From the IMG/VR virus record IMGVR_UViG_3300042507_004106: a stretch of DNA of 64,000 bases; one strand, given 5' to 3'. Source of the stretch: a virus (Duplodnaviria; Caudoviricetes). The notes under the pieces are model-generated. The model saw nothing but the letters and a program-made list of their open reading frames with translations, was not told where the DNA came from and did no database searches. Positions 36,498-47,086 of the stretch are shown here, piece by piece. Both the position numbers and the translations under genes were made by a program. How positions within the stretch are numbered: position 1 is the first letter of the stretch; every line of letters begins with the position of its first letter.

Positions 36498-37186
36498 AAG
36501 AACACTCTACCCCATCCTGATTTTGGACCATCAACAGTCCATCTTTTTTCCAGTACAGATCTCTTATATACAGCACCCTTACCATTTGTTACTGGTCCTG
36601 TGTAACTATCATTGAGAGATCCATAAGGATCATTCACAACATAGTCTCCAGATGCAGTCTTACCAATTACAACGAGAATGTGACCGCCAGTAGGAGCAGA
36701 CAGAGTGCCTCTATGTAGAATGCCGATACAAACTGGCCTTGCAGAATCAAGCTCACGATCAATATCTGCAAAAGAGAGATTGTACCTAAACTCAGAATTG
36801 ACTCCATACGATTTAAGTATACGAGTCTGAACTGCATGATCTGTTGTATCGCCCACTGCGAAAACCTTGCGAATATATTCATCATCGCCTTTAGGTCCTT
36901 TTAAAGTGCCTGGTTTGAAATATTCAAGACACATTGCACAAGATGATGAGTTACAAGTTCTTTGAGCGTCCCTGTAATTATCTGTCTGTGGGTAGAAAGG
37001 GACTTTAAGAATATTTGACTTCGGTGCTTCGACTTGCGTTCTGAAAATTCTAACCCAGTTCGCATCATCTTGCATTAAGTCATTTGCCCTAGCAAGTAAA
37101 TCCTTTTCAAGTTGCTCTACTGCTGCAACGTGCTTTGGATTTTTCTCATCATAAAACTTAAAAAAGTTATGAAGATCGATTTGCAT
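36494..37186 (-). CDS. C39-like cysteine peptidase with N-terminal helical module
   Basis: QTDN...CNSSSCAM, GGHILVVIG, VNDPYG. Confidence 0.85.
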   Translation of the reverse strand: MQIDLHNFFKFYDEKNPKHVAAVEQLEKDLLARANDLMQDDANWVRIFRTQVEAPKSNILKVPFYPQTDNYRDAQRTCNSSSCAMCLEYFKPGTLKGPKGDDEYIRKVFAVGDTTDHAVQTRILKSYGVNSEFRYNLSFADIDRELDSARPVCIGILHRGTLSAPTGGHILVVIGKTASGDYVVNDPYGSLNDSYTGPVTNGKGAVYKRSVLEKRWTVDGPKSGWGRVFL

Positions 37187-37335
37187 TTTAGTCCCCTATG
37201 TATTCTAGTGAAAAAACATCATGCTCGGGAATATCAGGATTTAACCATTCACTAAATTCATTTTGAATTGCATATGCAGATTCAATATCATACTCAGATA
37301 ACTCATGAATGCGGTCAACTGCCCAATCATGGGAG

Positions 37336-37776
37336 TCACGAAGAGTCTCTTCCAAAGTTACCATAATCTTTTCGCAAATAGCGTCCTAGAATATTGCTAT
37401 TATAGAACGCTGGAGTCCCATCGTCAAGTGATTCTCTTAGTACATTATTTAGAAAAAGTTGTTTTGTCTCTTCATAATTACAATCACCTTTAGTCTTATG
37501 CAGGCTTATAATTTCTCTACTGAAGAACTCTTTTCCGTATTTTTTAATATCATCCTTTAATTCTGGACAAGAACCATAATACTTCTTCCAGTCTGATTCT
37601 TGTTTTACTTTTCTCTTCTTTCCTGGAGGAGTTCTAAAAGACCAAAAATATTTTCTACCCCAGTACTTACGATTAGTTTTATCACAAGATATAAGGTATA
37701 CAAAACCAAAATAATCTTGAATATCAGAAGACTCAAAAATTTCTCCATTGAATCTCCAAGGATTCTCATAGCTCAT
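37336..37776 (-). CDS. GIY-YIG-like nuclease-fold protein
   Basis: GFVYLI...RKYWGRK, YYGS, FYNSNI. Confidence 0.7.
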   Translation of the reverse strand: MSYENPWRFNGEIFESSDIQDYFGFVYLISCDKTNRKYWGRKYFWSFRTPPGKKRKVKQESDWKKYYGSCPELKDDIKKYGKEFFSREIISLHKTKGDCNYEETKQLFLNNVLRESLDDGTPAFYNSNILGRYLRKDYGNFGRDSS

Positions 37777-37869
37777 ATAGTAATCTTATAGAGCTATTAT
37801 TTATCCTTCAACCTTAGCAAAGCGATTCTAGCAATAAAAAAGAGGGTTGTCAACCCTCTAGATCTTATA

Positions 37870-39546
37870 TTAGACTCCTGGAAGTTGGATACCAGATCCA
37901 CCCATTCGTTTTACTGCTGCTCCAGCCGCTTGAGATTCAGAACCAGTTGATCCTTGTTGGAGTTTGGTTGCCTTTTCAATTCTCTGTAAGCGTCTGTGAG
38001 CCTCTGGATTGATTGGCTCGGGCATTGCACCTTCAACAATATCTTGAATGGTTTCCGAACTCAGCTCCATCATTACATAGAGAGCCTCTTCTAAGGTGTC
38101 TACGTGCCCCTGTGAGAAGAGATAATCAAGAATAATATCATAGGAGTCTTTGAGACCTAACATCGTCTTTGTTCTTGAACTCATCTTGGATTTCACGTCT
38201 GGAGAAGAATACATAGGACCAGATTGTGCTGCTTGACGTTCTTGAGATGCCTTTTGCATTTTTTTCAAATCCTCAATATCTTTTGAAATTGGTCTTGGTG
38301 CAGGCATTGCAGAACCACTCTTTGCAGCAGCAAGAATTGCACGTTGTTGCGAAGTACCAACTTTAGAAATCATAGGTTCGTTTGCCTTTGCCCAAGTTGA
38401 TAAATTCTTGGTTCTATCACCAGTTTGTGCTACAGGTTCTGCTTTTGTTGCTGCTGGTTTAGCAGGTTCTGGTTTTGTTGCTGCTGGTTTAGCAGGTTCT
38501 GGTTTTGTTGCTGCTGGTTTAGCAGGTTCTGGTTTTGTTGCTGCTGGTTTTTGTTGCGCTGCTTTCCTTGCAGCATCTTGCTTTGCTTTTTCTGCTTTAT
38601 GAGTTTCAATATCTTTTTCTATTTGTTTAGAACCTCTTCTTCTAGCATAATCTGCAGTAAGACGGTCTAACTCCTTTTTATCAAATGTTTTTGTATCAAT
38701 AGGAAACCAACCTTTAGGTGTTATAAAACCAGGTCTTCCACCTTTTAATGCAAAATCTCTACCTGTTGCCTCATCAAGCAATTCTCCACTATGATTATCA
38801 ACCATATCAAAATGATCATAACCTACAACTTTACCACCTAAAATTTTAAGGGATTTTTGGCTTGTTGGTTTTGGTTTTGCTGTTGCTGGTAGTTCTGGTA
38901 GTTTTGGTGGTTTAACATTTTTAATAGCATCTGCCGCTTTTTGTGGACTTGGGATATTGTGTGCCGCTTGCCTTGCACTTTGAACAGCTGCACCAACATA
39001 CTCTCTTCCTTTACCACCACTTATAAATTGATCCGCTGCAGCTGCTATACCAGTAGGAACTCCCCACTTACCCAATGTTTGAAGTGCTTTTTTAGCAGGT
39101 TCTTTTGCACCCTTCAATACATTACCTAAAACTTTTCCGCCAAGTCTTGCAGCACCCGAGAGTGCCCCTTTTGCTGCTTGTCTAGCACCTGCACCAAATA
39201 AAGTTCTACCAATTGCAGGAAGCACTGCACGGGCAGCAGCTCCTAAACCCAATCCAACCAAAGGTGCAATTTCATAAAGTTTTTGCATCTGCTCTTCAAT
39301 ATATTCTTCCGAAGATAAATTCTCAACAATCAAATCATCACTAGAATAATGATTAATATCCTCTATAAAAGTTTCATAATCAACATTTGCAAAATATTCA
39401 AGAACCTCAACCGCACTAGATCCATTAGAAATCAAGGTATATGCTATTGATTCAATTATTTGATTTTCTGTTACTTCTACATTTTCATAAATTGAAGCAT
39501 ATGTTTCTTTCAAACTACCAATTTCACCACCAGTAAGTCTAGACAT
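37870..39546 (-). CDS. large low-complexity putative virion/internal protein
   Basis: Late promoter at 39572-39579; Ala/Lys/Pro repeats. Confidence 0.65.
   Translation of the reverse strand: MSRLTGGEIGSLKETYASIYENVEVTENQIIESIAYTLISNGSSAVEVLEYFANVDYETFIEDINHYSSDDLIVENLSSEEYIEEQMQKLYEIAPLVGLGLGAAARAVLPAIGRTLFGAGARQAAKGALSGAARLGGKVLGNVLKGAKEPAKKALQTLGKWGVPTGIAAAADQFISGGKGREYVGAAVQSARQAAHNIPSPQKAADAIKNVKPPKLPELPATAKPKPTSQKSLKILGGKVVGYDHFDMVDNHSGELLDEATGRDFALKGGRPGFITPKGWFPIDTKTFDKKELDRLTADYARRRGSKQIEKDIETHKAEKAKQDAARKAAQQKPAATKPEPAKPAATKPEPAKPAATKPEPAKPAATKAEPVAQTGDRTKNLSTWAKANEPMISKVGTSQQRAILAAAKSGSAMPAPRPISKDIEDLKKMQKASQERQAAQSGPMYSSPDVKSKMSSRTKTMLGLKDSYDIILDYLFSQGHVDTLEEALYVMMELSSETIQDIVEGAMPEPINPEAHRRLQRIEKATKLQQGSTGSESQAAGAAVKRMGGSGIQLPGV
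38431..38550 (-). repeat. coding tandem repeat, 4 x 30 nt (KPAATKPEPA)
   Basis: Three identical units plus one variant. Confidence 0.95.
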
Positions 39547-39628
39547 TTTTTGTTTTAGTTTCTTATAAAAATATTTATAAAAAAAGAGGGTGGTGAAACC
39601 CTCTTATATACCGGTTTGGAAAGTGATG

Positions 39629-40333
39629 TCAACCTTCAATAATAGACTTTTTCCAAGACTCACTCATATTTGCCATAATAACAAGTGCTGCTTCTTCAGT
39701 ATCAGCATAACCTTCATCAAGAAGGTGTCCTTTGATTACATCAAAAATATCAAAACTAGATTTTTGCAATTTAGATACAGCAGCGATAGCATCTTTCTCA
39801 ACATCTGCAGCACTTTTACCAGCAGATCTTGCCGCTGCTCTTGCTGCTGTTGCTGCTTTCAATTCTGCCGAAGTTAAAGTTCTTGGGGTAAAACCAAGAG
39901 GCTTAGGTGCTTCTGGTTTTGTTTTTGTTGTAGCGGGGGAAGAAGCAGGTCTAGGTGCTGTAGCAGCAGGTCTAGGTGCTGTAGCAGCAGGTCTTGTTGG
40001 TGCTGTAGCAGCAGGTCTTGTTGGTGCTGTAGCAGCAGGTCTTGTTGGTGCTGGTTGTCCAGGTCTCTGAAAAATAGGTGATAGTCCAGGTTGAACTGGC
40101 TTACCACCAACATTAAATCCACCAGGTCCAACAGTAACACCTTTAGGAGGGGGAGTAGTAGAAGGTCTTTTAAAAATAGGAGAAGGTCCAGATTTAACTG
40201 GTTTACCACCAATATTAAATCCACCAGGTCCAATTGTAAGACCTGTAGCTTCATCAATTTGCTCGACTTCTTCTTTTGTAGAGACTATATTATCCCACGC
40301 TTCGGATAAGTTACGAAGATCCTTTGAATCCAT
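39629..40333 (-). CDS. Pro/Ala-rich putative virion protein
   Basis: Late promoter at 40354-40361; shares a C-terminal module with 37870..39546. Confidence 0.65.
   Translation of the reverse strand: MDSKDLRNLSEAWDNIVSTKEEVEQIDEATGLTIGPGGFNIGGKPVKSGPSPIFKRPSTTPPPKGVTVGPGGFNVGGKPVQPGLSPIFQRPGQPAPTRPAATAPTRPAATAPTRPAATAPRPAATAPRPASSPATTKTKPEAPKPLGFTPRTLTSAELKAATAARAAARSAGKSAADVEKDAIAAVSKLQKSSFDIFDVIKGHLLDEGYADTEEAALVIMANMSESWKKSIIEG
39945..40052 (-). repeat. coding tandem repeats, 24-nt and 21-nt units (PAATAPTR/PAATAPR)
   Basis: Seen directly in the sequence. Confidence 0.9.
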
Positions 40334-40483
40334 TTTTACAAATACTTTTTAGTTATTTATAAAAAAAGAGGGTCTTAGCGACCCCCCATCCATTCTTTAA
40401 TGTAATCATAATCACCGAACAGAAATTCATCAGATTCTGCTGCTTCTTTATATGCGTTCAGGATTTCCTGTTCGCACCATTCA

Positions 40484-41668
40484 TCATAATTGGAATCCTG
40501 AGAAAGTATCTTTGGTAACATCTTGTTTAATTCCTCCGACAATATAGGACTCAACTTCCGTTTCCTGGGGTGCGACTTGAAGTCCCTTAGAGGAAATCCA
40601 ATGTTCTGTCCATGGAAGGGGATTATTCTTTGCTGGAATATCATAAAGTGGACGAAGACCGATTGCTCGCATTCTGCGATTTGCAATCCACTCAACATAC
40701 TGCTGTAGAAGTTTATCATTCAGTCCGATCATCGATCCATCTTTGAACAGGTACTCTGCCCAAAGTTTCTCTTGATTGACTGCAGTTTCAAAGGTCTTAT
40801 AGAACCATTGCTCTTCTTCTTTAGCAATTTGAACCATTTCTGGATCGTCACCTTCCTTCCATTTGTTTAGAATATTCTGAGTAATAACCAGATGCTGGTT
40901 CTCATCACGGGCGATCAGTGAGATGATTTTTGCACTTCCTTCCATAAGCTTGAGTTCGCCAAAAGCAAAACTGCAAGCGAAACTGACATAAAAGCGAATA
41001 CCTTCAAGAATATTAACGTTTGCAACTGCTCTAAACAGTTTTCGTTTGAGTTCATATCGTGCCTCTTTTGCGTATGGAACTTGTTCTAATGCATGAACCC
41101 ATTCATTAGATGTACCATAATGTTGAGCACCGTTAATGAAGTCATTGTATGCTTGAGTTACACTCACAGCACGTTCTAAAATACGATCATCTTTGAGAAT
41201 AGTATCAAAAACTTCAGATGGGTCTGAATAAACGTTTTTGATAATGTAAGTGTATGAGCGGCTATGGATCATCTCCATAAACTCCCATACTTTCATACAC
41301 GCCTCCAGTTCGGGAAGGGAGCAGTATGGTGCAAACGCCATACCAGGACCGCGACCCTGAACAGAATCAAGCATAACCTGATACTTCAGGTTACTTGTGA
41401 AGATGTGCTTTTGTTCAGAACGAAGAGATTGATAATCTCCCCTGTCCTTTTGAAGGGAGACCTCTTCAGGTCTCCAGAAGTATCCTAGTTGTTGTGTTGT
41501 TAGTTTGTCGAAGATTGGGTATTTGTAAGAATCATATCTTTGAATTCCTAATGGTTGACCAAAAAACATAGGTTGCTTTTTGGTATCTACTTCTTGGGAA
41601 TTGAAAACGGTCATTGACTCGACCATTGGTTTCTCCTCCGAATTTGTTTTAAATCTTACAAGACTCAC
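40484..41668 (-). CDS. nrdB: ribonucleotide reductase class Ia beta subunit
   Basis: FWRPEEV, EMIHSRSY, LEGIRFYVSF, ARDENQH, VAPQETE. Confidence 0.97.
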   Translation of the reverse strand: MSLVRFKTNSEEKPMVESMTVFNSQEVDTKKQPMFFGQPLGIQRYDSYKYPIFDKLTTQQLGYFWRPEEVSLQKDRGDYQSLRSEQKHIFTSNLKYQVMLDSVQGRGPGMAFAPYCSLPELEACMKVWEFMEMIHSRSYTYIIKNVYSDPSEVFDTILKDDRILERAVSVTQAYNDFINGAQHYGTSNEWVHALEQVPYAKEARYELKRKLFRAVANVNILEGIRFYVSFACSFAFGELKLMEGSAKIISLIARDENQHLVITQNILNKWKEGDDPEMVQIAKEEEQWFYKTFETAVNQEKLWAEYLFKDGSMIGLNDKLLQQYVEWIANRRMRAIGLRPLYDIPAKNNPLPWTEHWISSKGLQVAPQETEVESYIVGGIKQDVTKDTFSGFQL

Positions 41669-43949
41669 AATCTTCCTCCTCTGATTCTAGAATTTGATCA
41701 ATTAACGAATCCAATTTTTGTATTTTATCATCACTTACTTCGTCAGATTTGTTATCATAAGTGTTTTGATAATAGCTGGTTTTCCAGCCGTACTTATATG
41801 TAGTCAAAAGATCTTGAGCCATTACTGAAGTTGGAACTTCATTGTCTGGATAATTTTCAGGATTATAAGACCAGTTTCCAGAGATAGCTTGGTCAAAGAA
41901 CTTTTGCATTACCGCAACAATGTTAATATAACCACGGTTGCTAGACATATCCCAAAGAAGCGTATAGTTGTTCTTGAGAGTTTGATATTGTGGGACAATT
42001 TGCTTAAGAGGTCCCTTCTTCGATTTTTTAACGGACAAGTATCCTCTAGGAGGTTCGATTCCATTGGTAGCGTTTGACACAACGGAACTGCTCTCTGAAG
42101 GCATTTGTGCGGACAGTGTTGAGTTCCTAACTCCATACTGTTTAACCTGTTCTCTAAGACCTTCCCAATCATACTTCAATTCGTTTGGAACAATTTCATC
42201 AACATCCTTTTTGTATGTATCAATCGGAAGAATACCCTGAGAATACTTAGTACGGTGCGAATATTCGCAAGCACCTTTTTCTTTTGCAAGATTTACAGTT
42301 GCTTGGATAAGGTAATACTGGAATGCCTCAGTCAAATCATGGACCAGTTTCCAGGCGCGAGGATCATCATAGTGTTCACCGTGCTTGGCGAGATAATGAG
42401 CAAGACCAATATACCCAATACCAAGCGAACGACGTGCTCTGGTGGCGATTTCCGCTGCTCTAACGGGATATCCTTGGAAGTCAATCAATTCGTCTAGAGA
42501 GCGCACTGAGAGGTCACAGAGGGTCTCCAATTCATCAAGAGACTTCAACTTACCAATGTTGATAGCACTCAAAATACAAAGGGCAATTTCCCCATCAGCA
42601 TCATCAATATGTTGGAGTGGTTTAGTTGGCAGAGTAATTTCTTGACAGAGATTACTCATCTCAACTTTATCCAAGAAAGATGAGTGAGAGTTGCAGTGGT
42701 CGATGTTCATAATATAAACACGACCAGTCTCAGCACGTTCTTTCAGAAGGTCCAGAATGAGTTCTTGAGCTCCGATAGTCTTTCTTGGAATAGACTCATC
42801 TCGTTCATAACGTACATATAGATCGTCAAATCTATCAGTGCCAAAAGCATCATAAAGACCAGGAACTGAGTGGGGGGAGAAGAGTGAAATCTCTTGGTTG
42901 TGGATGAATCGCTCATAGAAGAGTTTAGAGATTTGGATACTGTAGTCTAACTTACGAACACGGTTATCTTCAGTTCCTTTATTATTTTTTAGTACTAGGA
43001 TATCTTCGATTTCTTGGTGCCAGATTGGGAAGTGGACAGTTGCTGATCCACCACGGATGCCATTTTGAGTACAGCATCGGACAGTTGCTTCAAACTTCTT
43101 GAGGAATGGGACAACACCTGTGTGCTGAACTTCTCCGCCTCTGATTTTGCTGTTGATACCACGGATTCTGCCTGCGTTGATACCAATCCCCGCCCTTTGT
43201 GCAACATAACGGCCAATTGCCATATCACTAGTAAAGATACTATCGAGGGTGTCATCAACATCAACAAGGACACAGCTAGCATATTGTCTAAGTGGCGTTC
43301 GCACTCCCGCCATGATGGGGGTTGGAATGTTGATTTTGTGCTTTGAGATTGCGTCATAATACCTCTTAACGTAATCTAAACGTGTTTCTTTAGGATATTT
43401 GGAGAAAATAGTTGCCGCGATCAAGAGATACATGAATTGAGGAGTTTCATAGAGTTCTCCAGAACTTCTATCTTGTACAAGATACTTGTCTACGACTTGT
43501 CTAAGACCAGCATAAGTGAACAAGTAATCACGACCATGATCAATAAAAGAATCAAGTTTTTCAAACTCTTCATCGGAGTAGAGAGAAAGAATTTCAGGAT
43601 CGTAGACTCCTTTCTCAACACAATTGATCGTATGATCTTTCACAGATGGTGTTTCATGCATACGCCCATAGATCTGCTTACGGATTGCAAACAGAAGTAA
43701 ACGTGCTGCAACGAATTGATAATTTGGATGCTCCAGGTCAATCAAGTCAGAAGCAGAACGAATCAAGATTTCCTGAATCTCTGCGGTTGTAATACCATCA
43801 TAGAATTGGATTCCAGACTGCATCTCAACTTGACTTGCAGACACACCAGCAAGATCTTTACACGCTTCTTCTACCATTACATGAAGTTTATTTAACTCCA
43901 ATACTTCGGTAGCACCATTTCTTTTAACGACTTTTGTTCCGTTGCTCAT
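41649..43949 (-). CDS. nrdA: ribonucleotide reductase class Ia alpha subunit
   Basis: ATP cone VVKRNG, SCVLV, SNLCQEI, MPSESSS, KTSYY. Confidence 0.97.
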   Translation of the reverse strand: MSNGTKVVKRNGATEVLELNKLHVMVEEACKDLAGVSASQVEMQSGIQFYDGITTAEIQEILIRSASDLIDLEHPNYQFVAARLLLFAIRKQIYGRMHETPSVKDHTINCVEKGVYDPEILSLYSDEEFEKLDSFIDHGRDYLFTYAGLRQVVDKYLVQDRSSGELYETPQFMYLLIAATIFSKYPKETRLDYVKRYYDAISKHKINIPTPIMAGVRTPLRQYASCVLVDVDDTLDSIFTSDMAIGRYVAQRAGIGINAGRIRGINSKIRGGEVQHTGVVPFLKKFEATVRCCTQNGIRGGSATVHFPIWHQEIEDILVLKNNKGTEDNRVRKLDYSIQISKLFYERFIHNQEISLFSPHSVPGLYDAFGTDRFDDLYVRYERDESIPRKTIGAQELILDLLKERAETGRVYIMNIDHCNSHSSFLDKVEMSNLCQEITLPTKPLQHIDDADGEIALCILSAINIGKLKSLDELETLCDLSVRSLDELIDFQGYPVRAAEIATRARRSLGIGYIGLAHYLAKHGEHYDDPRAWKLVHDLTEAFQYYLIQATVNLAKEKGACEYSHRTKYSQGILPIDTYKKDVDEIVPNELKYDWEGLREQVKQYGVRNSTLSAQMPSESSSVVSNATNGIEPPRGYLSVKKSKKGPLKQIVPQYQTLKNNYTLLWDMSSNRGYINIVAVMQKFFDQAISGNWSYNPENYPDNEVPTSVMAQDLLTTYKYGWKTSYYQNTYDNKSDEVSDDKIQKLDSLIDQILESEEEDCESCKI

Positions 43950-44917
43950 ATTTTCTTCCAGTTGTTAAACTTAATTTTTGCTTCTAAACCTGAGTAGGTA
44001 TTTGATTTTAACACATCCATAACGTTAAGTCCAGCCAAAACCATATCATTAATATCTTTTTGCTGGATACTTGTTGGCCAAATAATCACTTTGTCGCCTC
44101 TATCGATGGTTTTTGATATTCGGTTGACGATTTCTCGATTGCGAGGTTCGTTATCAAAAACGTAAATATAATCGCGCCAATTAAACGACCTAATATCAAC
44201 GTCGGACCCACACATAGCAACAGCATTTTGTACAAACGTGGAGTCGAAGGGTCCCTCAACAATGTAAATGGGTTCCGAAGAATCCACTTGGTCCAGTCCA
44301 TAAAGTTTGGGCGATTCATCAGAAAGCATCACAGTGATATATTTAACAGAGTTTGGTCCGAGTGCTCTTCCTTGGAAACCAATCAAATTACTTTCACTAT
44401 CATACATTGGTATAATAATGCGACTCTCATCTTTGCTAACGGCATCAAAAGTAAGTTTTTGCGTGTTTGTCCACTCTTTGAATTTGTTAGCGAAATAAAA
44501 CTTTTCGGGATTTAGTTTTCTCTTTTCTAGATATTCTCTAGCAACTGGAACTTCAGATGCTTTGGGTAAATCCAGTTTCTTCTTAAAGACTGGTTTTACA
44601 AACTCAAACTTAGGTTCTTCAACCACAAAGTTTCTACCCGTATGACCCTCTTTAAACTTCTCTAACGTGTATTGCTTATGTAGTGTTGGATCTATCTCTT
44701 TGAGAAAGTTATTGAAGGATAAACTTGCCCCACAATTATGACACTTAAAATTTGTATTATTCTTCACAGAATATAAGTATCCTCTAGTTTTATTCTTATT
44801 TTTTTGAGAGTCACCGCAAATGGGACAGCGGAAGTTGTAGAGATCCGATTTAACCCTTTTAAATTTTTGCAGTCGTGACGAAACTAGTCCAATATACTTG
44901 GAGTCAATCAGATCCAT
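43946..44917 (-). CDS. DNA primase (T4 gp61-like)
   Basis: CPICGD..CHNC zinc finger, TOPRIM VEGPFDS, FDNE, KDIND. Confidence 0.95.
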   Translation of the reverse strand: MDLIDSKYIGLVSSRLQKFKRVKSDLYNFRCPICGDSQKNKNKTRGYLYSVKNNTNFKCHNCGASLSFNNFLKEIDPTLHKQYTLEKFKEGHTGRNFVVEEPKFEFVKPVFKKKLDLPKASEVPVAREYLEKRKLNPEKFYFANKFKEWTNTQKLTFDAVSKDESRIIIPMYDSESNLIGFQGRALGPNSVKYITVMLSDESPKLYGLDQVDSSEPIYIVEGPFDSTFVQNAVAMCGSDVDIRSFNWRDYIYVFDNEPRNREIVNRISKTIDRGDKVIIWPTSIQQKDINDMVLAGLNVMDVLKSNTYSGLEAKIKFNNWKKI

Positions 44918-44930
44918 TATGAAGAGGTTA

Positions 44931-45344
44931 TTACTTCGTGGTCTCTATCTTAGCAGGTTGTGTATCAGGAGTCAAGATATCTACTACCATATGGGACTGA
45001 GAAACTGCAAATGATAATAGAATTGCTGCACCTGCGATAATCCAACGAAACTTAACAAGATCTTCCACTTTTGTTTCCAACGATTGAATTTTCTCAGATA
45101 CCTGCCTATGTTGTTCTTTATTTTCATCTTTCATCTCATGAATCATATTTGAAATCATCTCATCCGTCTTACCACAATGCTCTATCTTCTCTTCGTGGAC
45201 TGCCAACATCTTACTGATATTTTGACTAGTCTTACCCATTATTTGTATTGCTTCGTCAATTTTTCTCATCATAACCTCATATGATGATAGACGCTCTTCT
45301 AGTACGGCAATTTTAGTGTCGGATGAAGTGTTTTGGTTAAACAT
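44931..45344 (-). CDS. coiled-coil protein with C-terminal TM
   Basis: Heptad-rich, WIIAGAAILLSFAV. Confidence 0.65.
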   Translation of the reverse strand: MFNQNTSSDTKIAVLEERLSSYEVMMRKIDEAIQIMGKTSQNISKMLAVHEEKIEHCGKTDEMISNMIHEMKDENKEQHRQVSEKIQSLETKVEDLVKFRWIIAGAAILLSFAVSQSHMVVDILTPDTQPAKIETTK

Positions 45345-45406
45345 GATTGGAAGATATGAGATTTGCTACATAAATCACATAACAAATCTATTAATATTTA
45401 TTTTTA

Positions 45407-45649
45407 TTATTTTTGCTTAAGATATTGCAACCACCACTTACGGGAATTTTTACCACCCTTAGCATAAGTCCTTTTTTTATCTTTTTTCCACACAGGAGGA
45501 GTACCAGTTTGAATATTATATCCAAGAGACTTTTCACCATTACCAACTACATTGGCAATTGCTCCTTCACCTTCCTCTTTAATAATGTGAATGATTTGAA
45601 TTAGTTTATCTACCTTATCCATCAGATTGCTTGTAGTTGTTTTAAACAC
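45407..45649 (-). CDS. hypothetical protein
   Basis: Operon context; start probably MDKVD. Confidence 0.55.
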   Translation of the reverse strand: MFKTTTSNLMDKVDKLIQIIHIIKEEGEGAIANVVGNGEKSLGYNIQTGTPPVWKKDKKRTYAKGGKNSRKWWLQYLKQK

Positions 45650-45993
45650 TCTTCATCAATATTGACATCATGCATTTGAGTTCTTGGATATTCTGGAAAT
45701 CTATTTAAGAATACTAAGAAACTTTTTATTGCCGACCACAAATCCCTGTCCAAGTTGTAAAATAACAAAGGAACTGCTGCGTCATTAAAAACGTTAAAAA
45801 GTATAGTTAAGTGATTCAAAATAAGGTGAGTTTTAAGCTCACCCGTATTTTTATATCTTTTTAACAGTCTCTTGACATAGCGTATTCTTTTCAAATCAGA
45901 TTCAAAATCCTCCATTGTTAATGCTTGAGGATTATCATAGAATTTTATAGCAAATAACAAATAGTTATCTTCATTCAATTCATCAAATCTCAT
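45622..45993 (-). CDS. conserved T4-like hypothetical protein
   Basis: FAIKFYDNPQ...LILNHL. Confidence 0.7.
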   Translation of the reverse strand: MRFDELNEDNYLLFAIKFYDNPQALTMEDFESDLKRIRYVKRLLKRYKNTGELKTHLILNHLTILFNVFNDAAVPLLFYNLDRDLWSAIKSFLVFLNRFPEYPRTQMHDVNIDEECLKQLQAI

Positions 45994-46002
45994 ACCATAT
46001 TA

Positions 46003-46770
46003 TCAGCTGTCTGGGAATAATGTATCATCAGGAGCATCAGTTGTGGTTAAAATTCCACCAGCAACTAATACTTCAGATTTAACTCTTAAGTTTCCGTGAG
46101 TATCAATATAAGTCATAATTCCAACCCACCCACTGTGAGCAACAGCATATTTAGTAGTTCTAGCAACTCCAACTTCAATCTGGTCTACACCAAAGACATC
46201 TCTAAAATATCCATCAGTCTTTCTTACAAATTGAATCACATCTCCGGTGGAAATTCCAACAGAGGTTGTCGATGCAAGACTTACAGTTGTTGCACCAATT
46301 GTAGAAATGACTAAGTTGCTTCCGCCATTTACAATTGCGTCACCTACAATTACATCTTTAGTTCCGACGACAACTGGAATAACATTAGTACCAATGCCAG
46401 CGTTAGTAGTGGCAGTTCCAGTTACACCAAAATTTTTGAAAGTAGCAACAGCATCATTTCTGTTGTTAAAACTACTATCACCTAAAGTATAAATTGGTTG
46501 CTCGTTAATGTTATATGCAACCGCAGGAATTGTAGTAATTCCAGTAATAAAATTAGCAGTGCTAGCTAATGAAATAGTTGTGGAAGTAAATCCAGTAATA
46601 ACTGCTTGACCGTAAGTGCCTCCAGTTCCTACACTGATAACATCGCCCGTTCGAATACCAGCAGAAGTCCAAGTTACGACTCCAACAACTCCAGTACCAA
46701 TTCCAGTAGAAAGATTTACTGCGATTGTTCCAAGACTATAAACCGAATCGTTATTGCCCCAAAGAGACAT
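46003..46770 (-). CDS. Gly/Thr-rich structural protein
   Basis: MSLWGNND...HSGWV...SEVLVA; late promoter at 46802-46809. Confidence 0.65.
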   Translation of the reverse strand: MSLWGNNDSVYSLGTIAVNLSTGIGTGVVGVVTWTSAGIRTGDVISVGTGGTYGQAVITGFTSTTISLASTANFITGITTIPAVAYNINEQPIYTLGDSSFNNRNDAVATFKNFGVTGTATTNAGIGTNVIPVVVGTKDVIVGDAIVNGGSNLVISTIGATTVSLASTTSVGISTGDVIQFVRKTDGYFRDVFGVDQIEVGVARTTKYAVAHSGWVGIMTYIDTHGNLRVKSEVLVAGGILTTTDAPDDTLFPDS

Positions 46771-46861
46771 GTTTCCTTACCTATGAATTCTTTTCTAGAG
46801 ATATTTATAAAAAAAGGAGACCTCATAAAAAGATCTCCTAGTTATATTAAAGATTTAACTC

Positions 46862-47047
46862 TCAGGGAGTTAAATCTTTAGCACCTCTTTTCTTTAGATG
46901 TTGTTGTGCTTGAATGAGAAGGAATGAAACAATTCCATTTGCTTTAACTTTTGGATTAGCACCTGCCGCTTCTGAAATAAGAAGCAAAATAGTTGCGATT
47001 AATCCTTCATTTGCGGCAACCCAAGCCCAGATAGCTGCGAGTGTCAT
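46862..47047 (-). CDS. small membrane protein
   Basis: Hydrophobic 61 aa, GGAGG RBS, terminator downstream. Confidence 0.6.
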   Translation of the reverse strand: MTLAAIWAWVAANEGLIATILLLISEAAGANPKVKANGIVSFLLIQAQQHLKKRGAKDLTP

Positions 47048-47086
47048 GATGTCCTCCGTGTGAAGAGTATCCTGTGCTATTTAGGA

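Noticed and set aside
38431-40052. Tandem repeats as a CRISPR array
   Set aside because: Contiguous in-frame units with no spacers, and no cas genes
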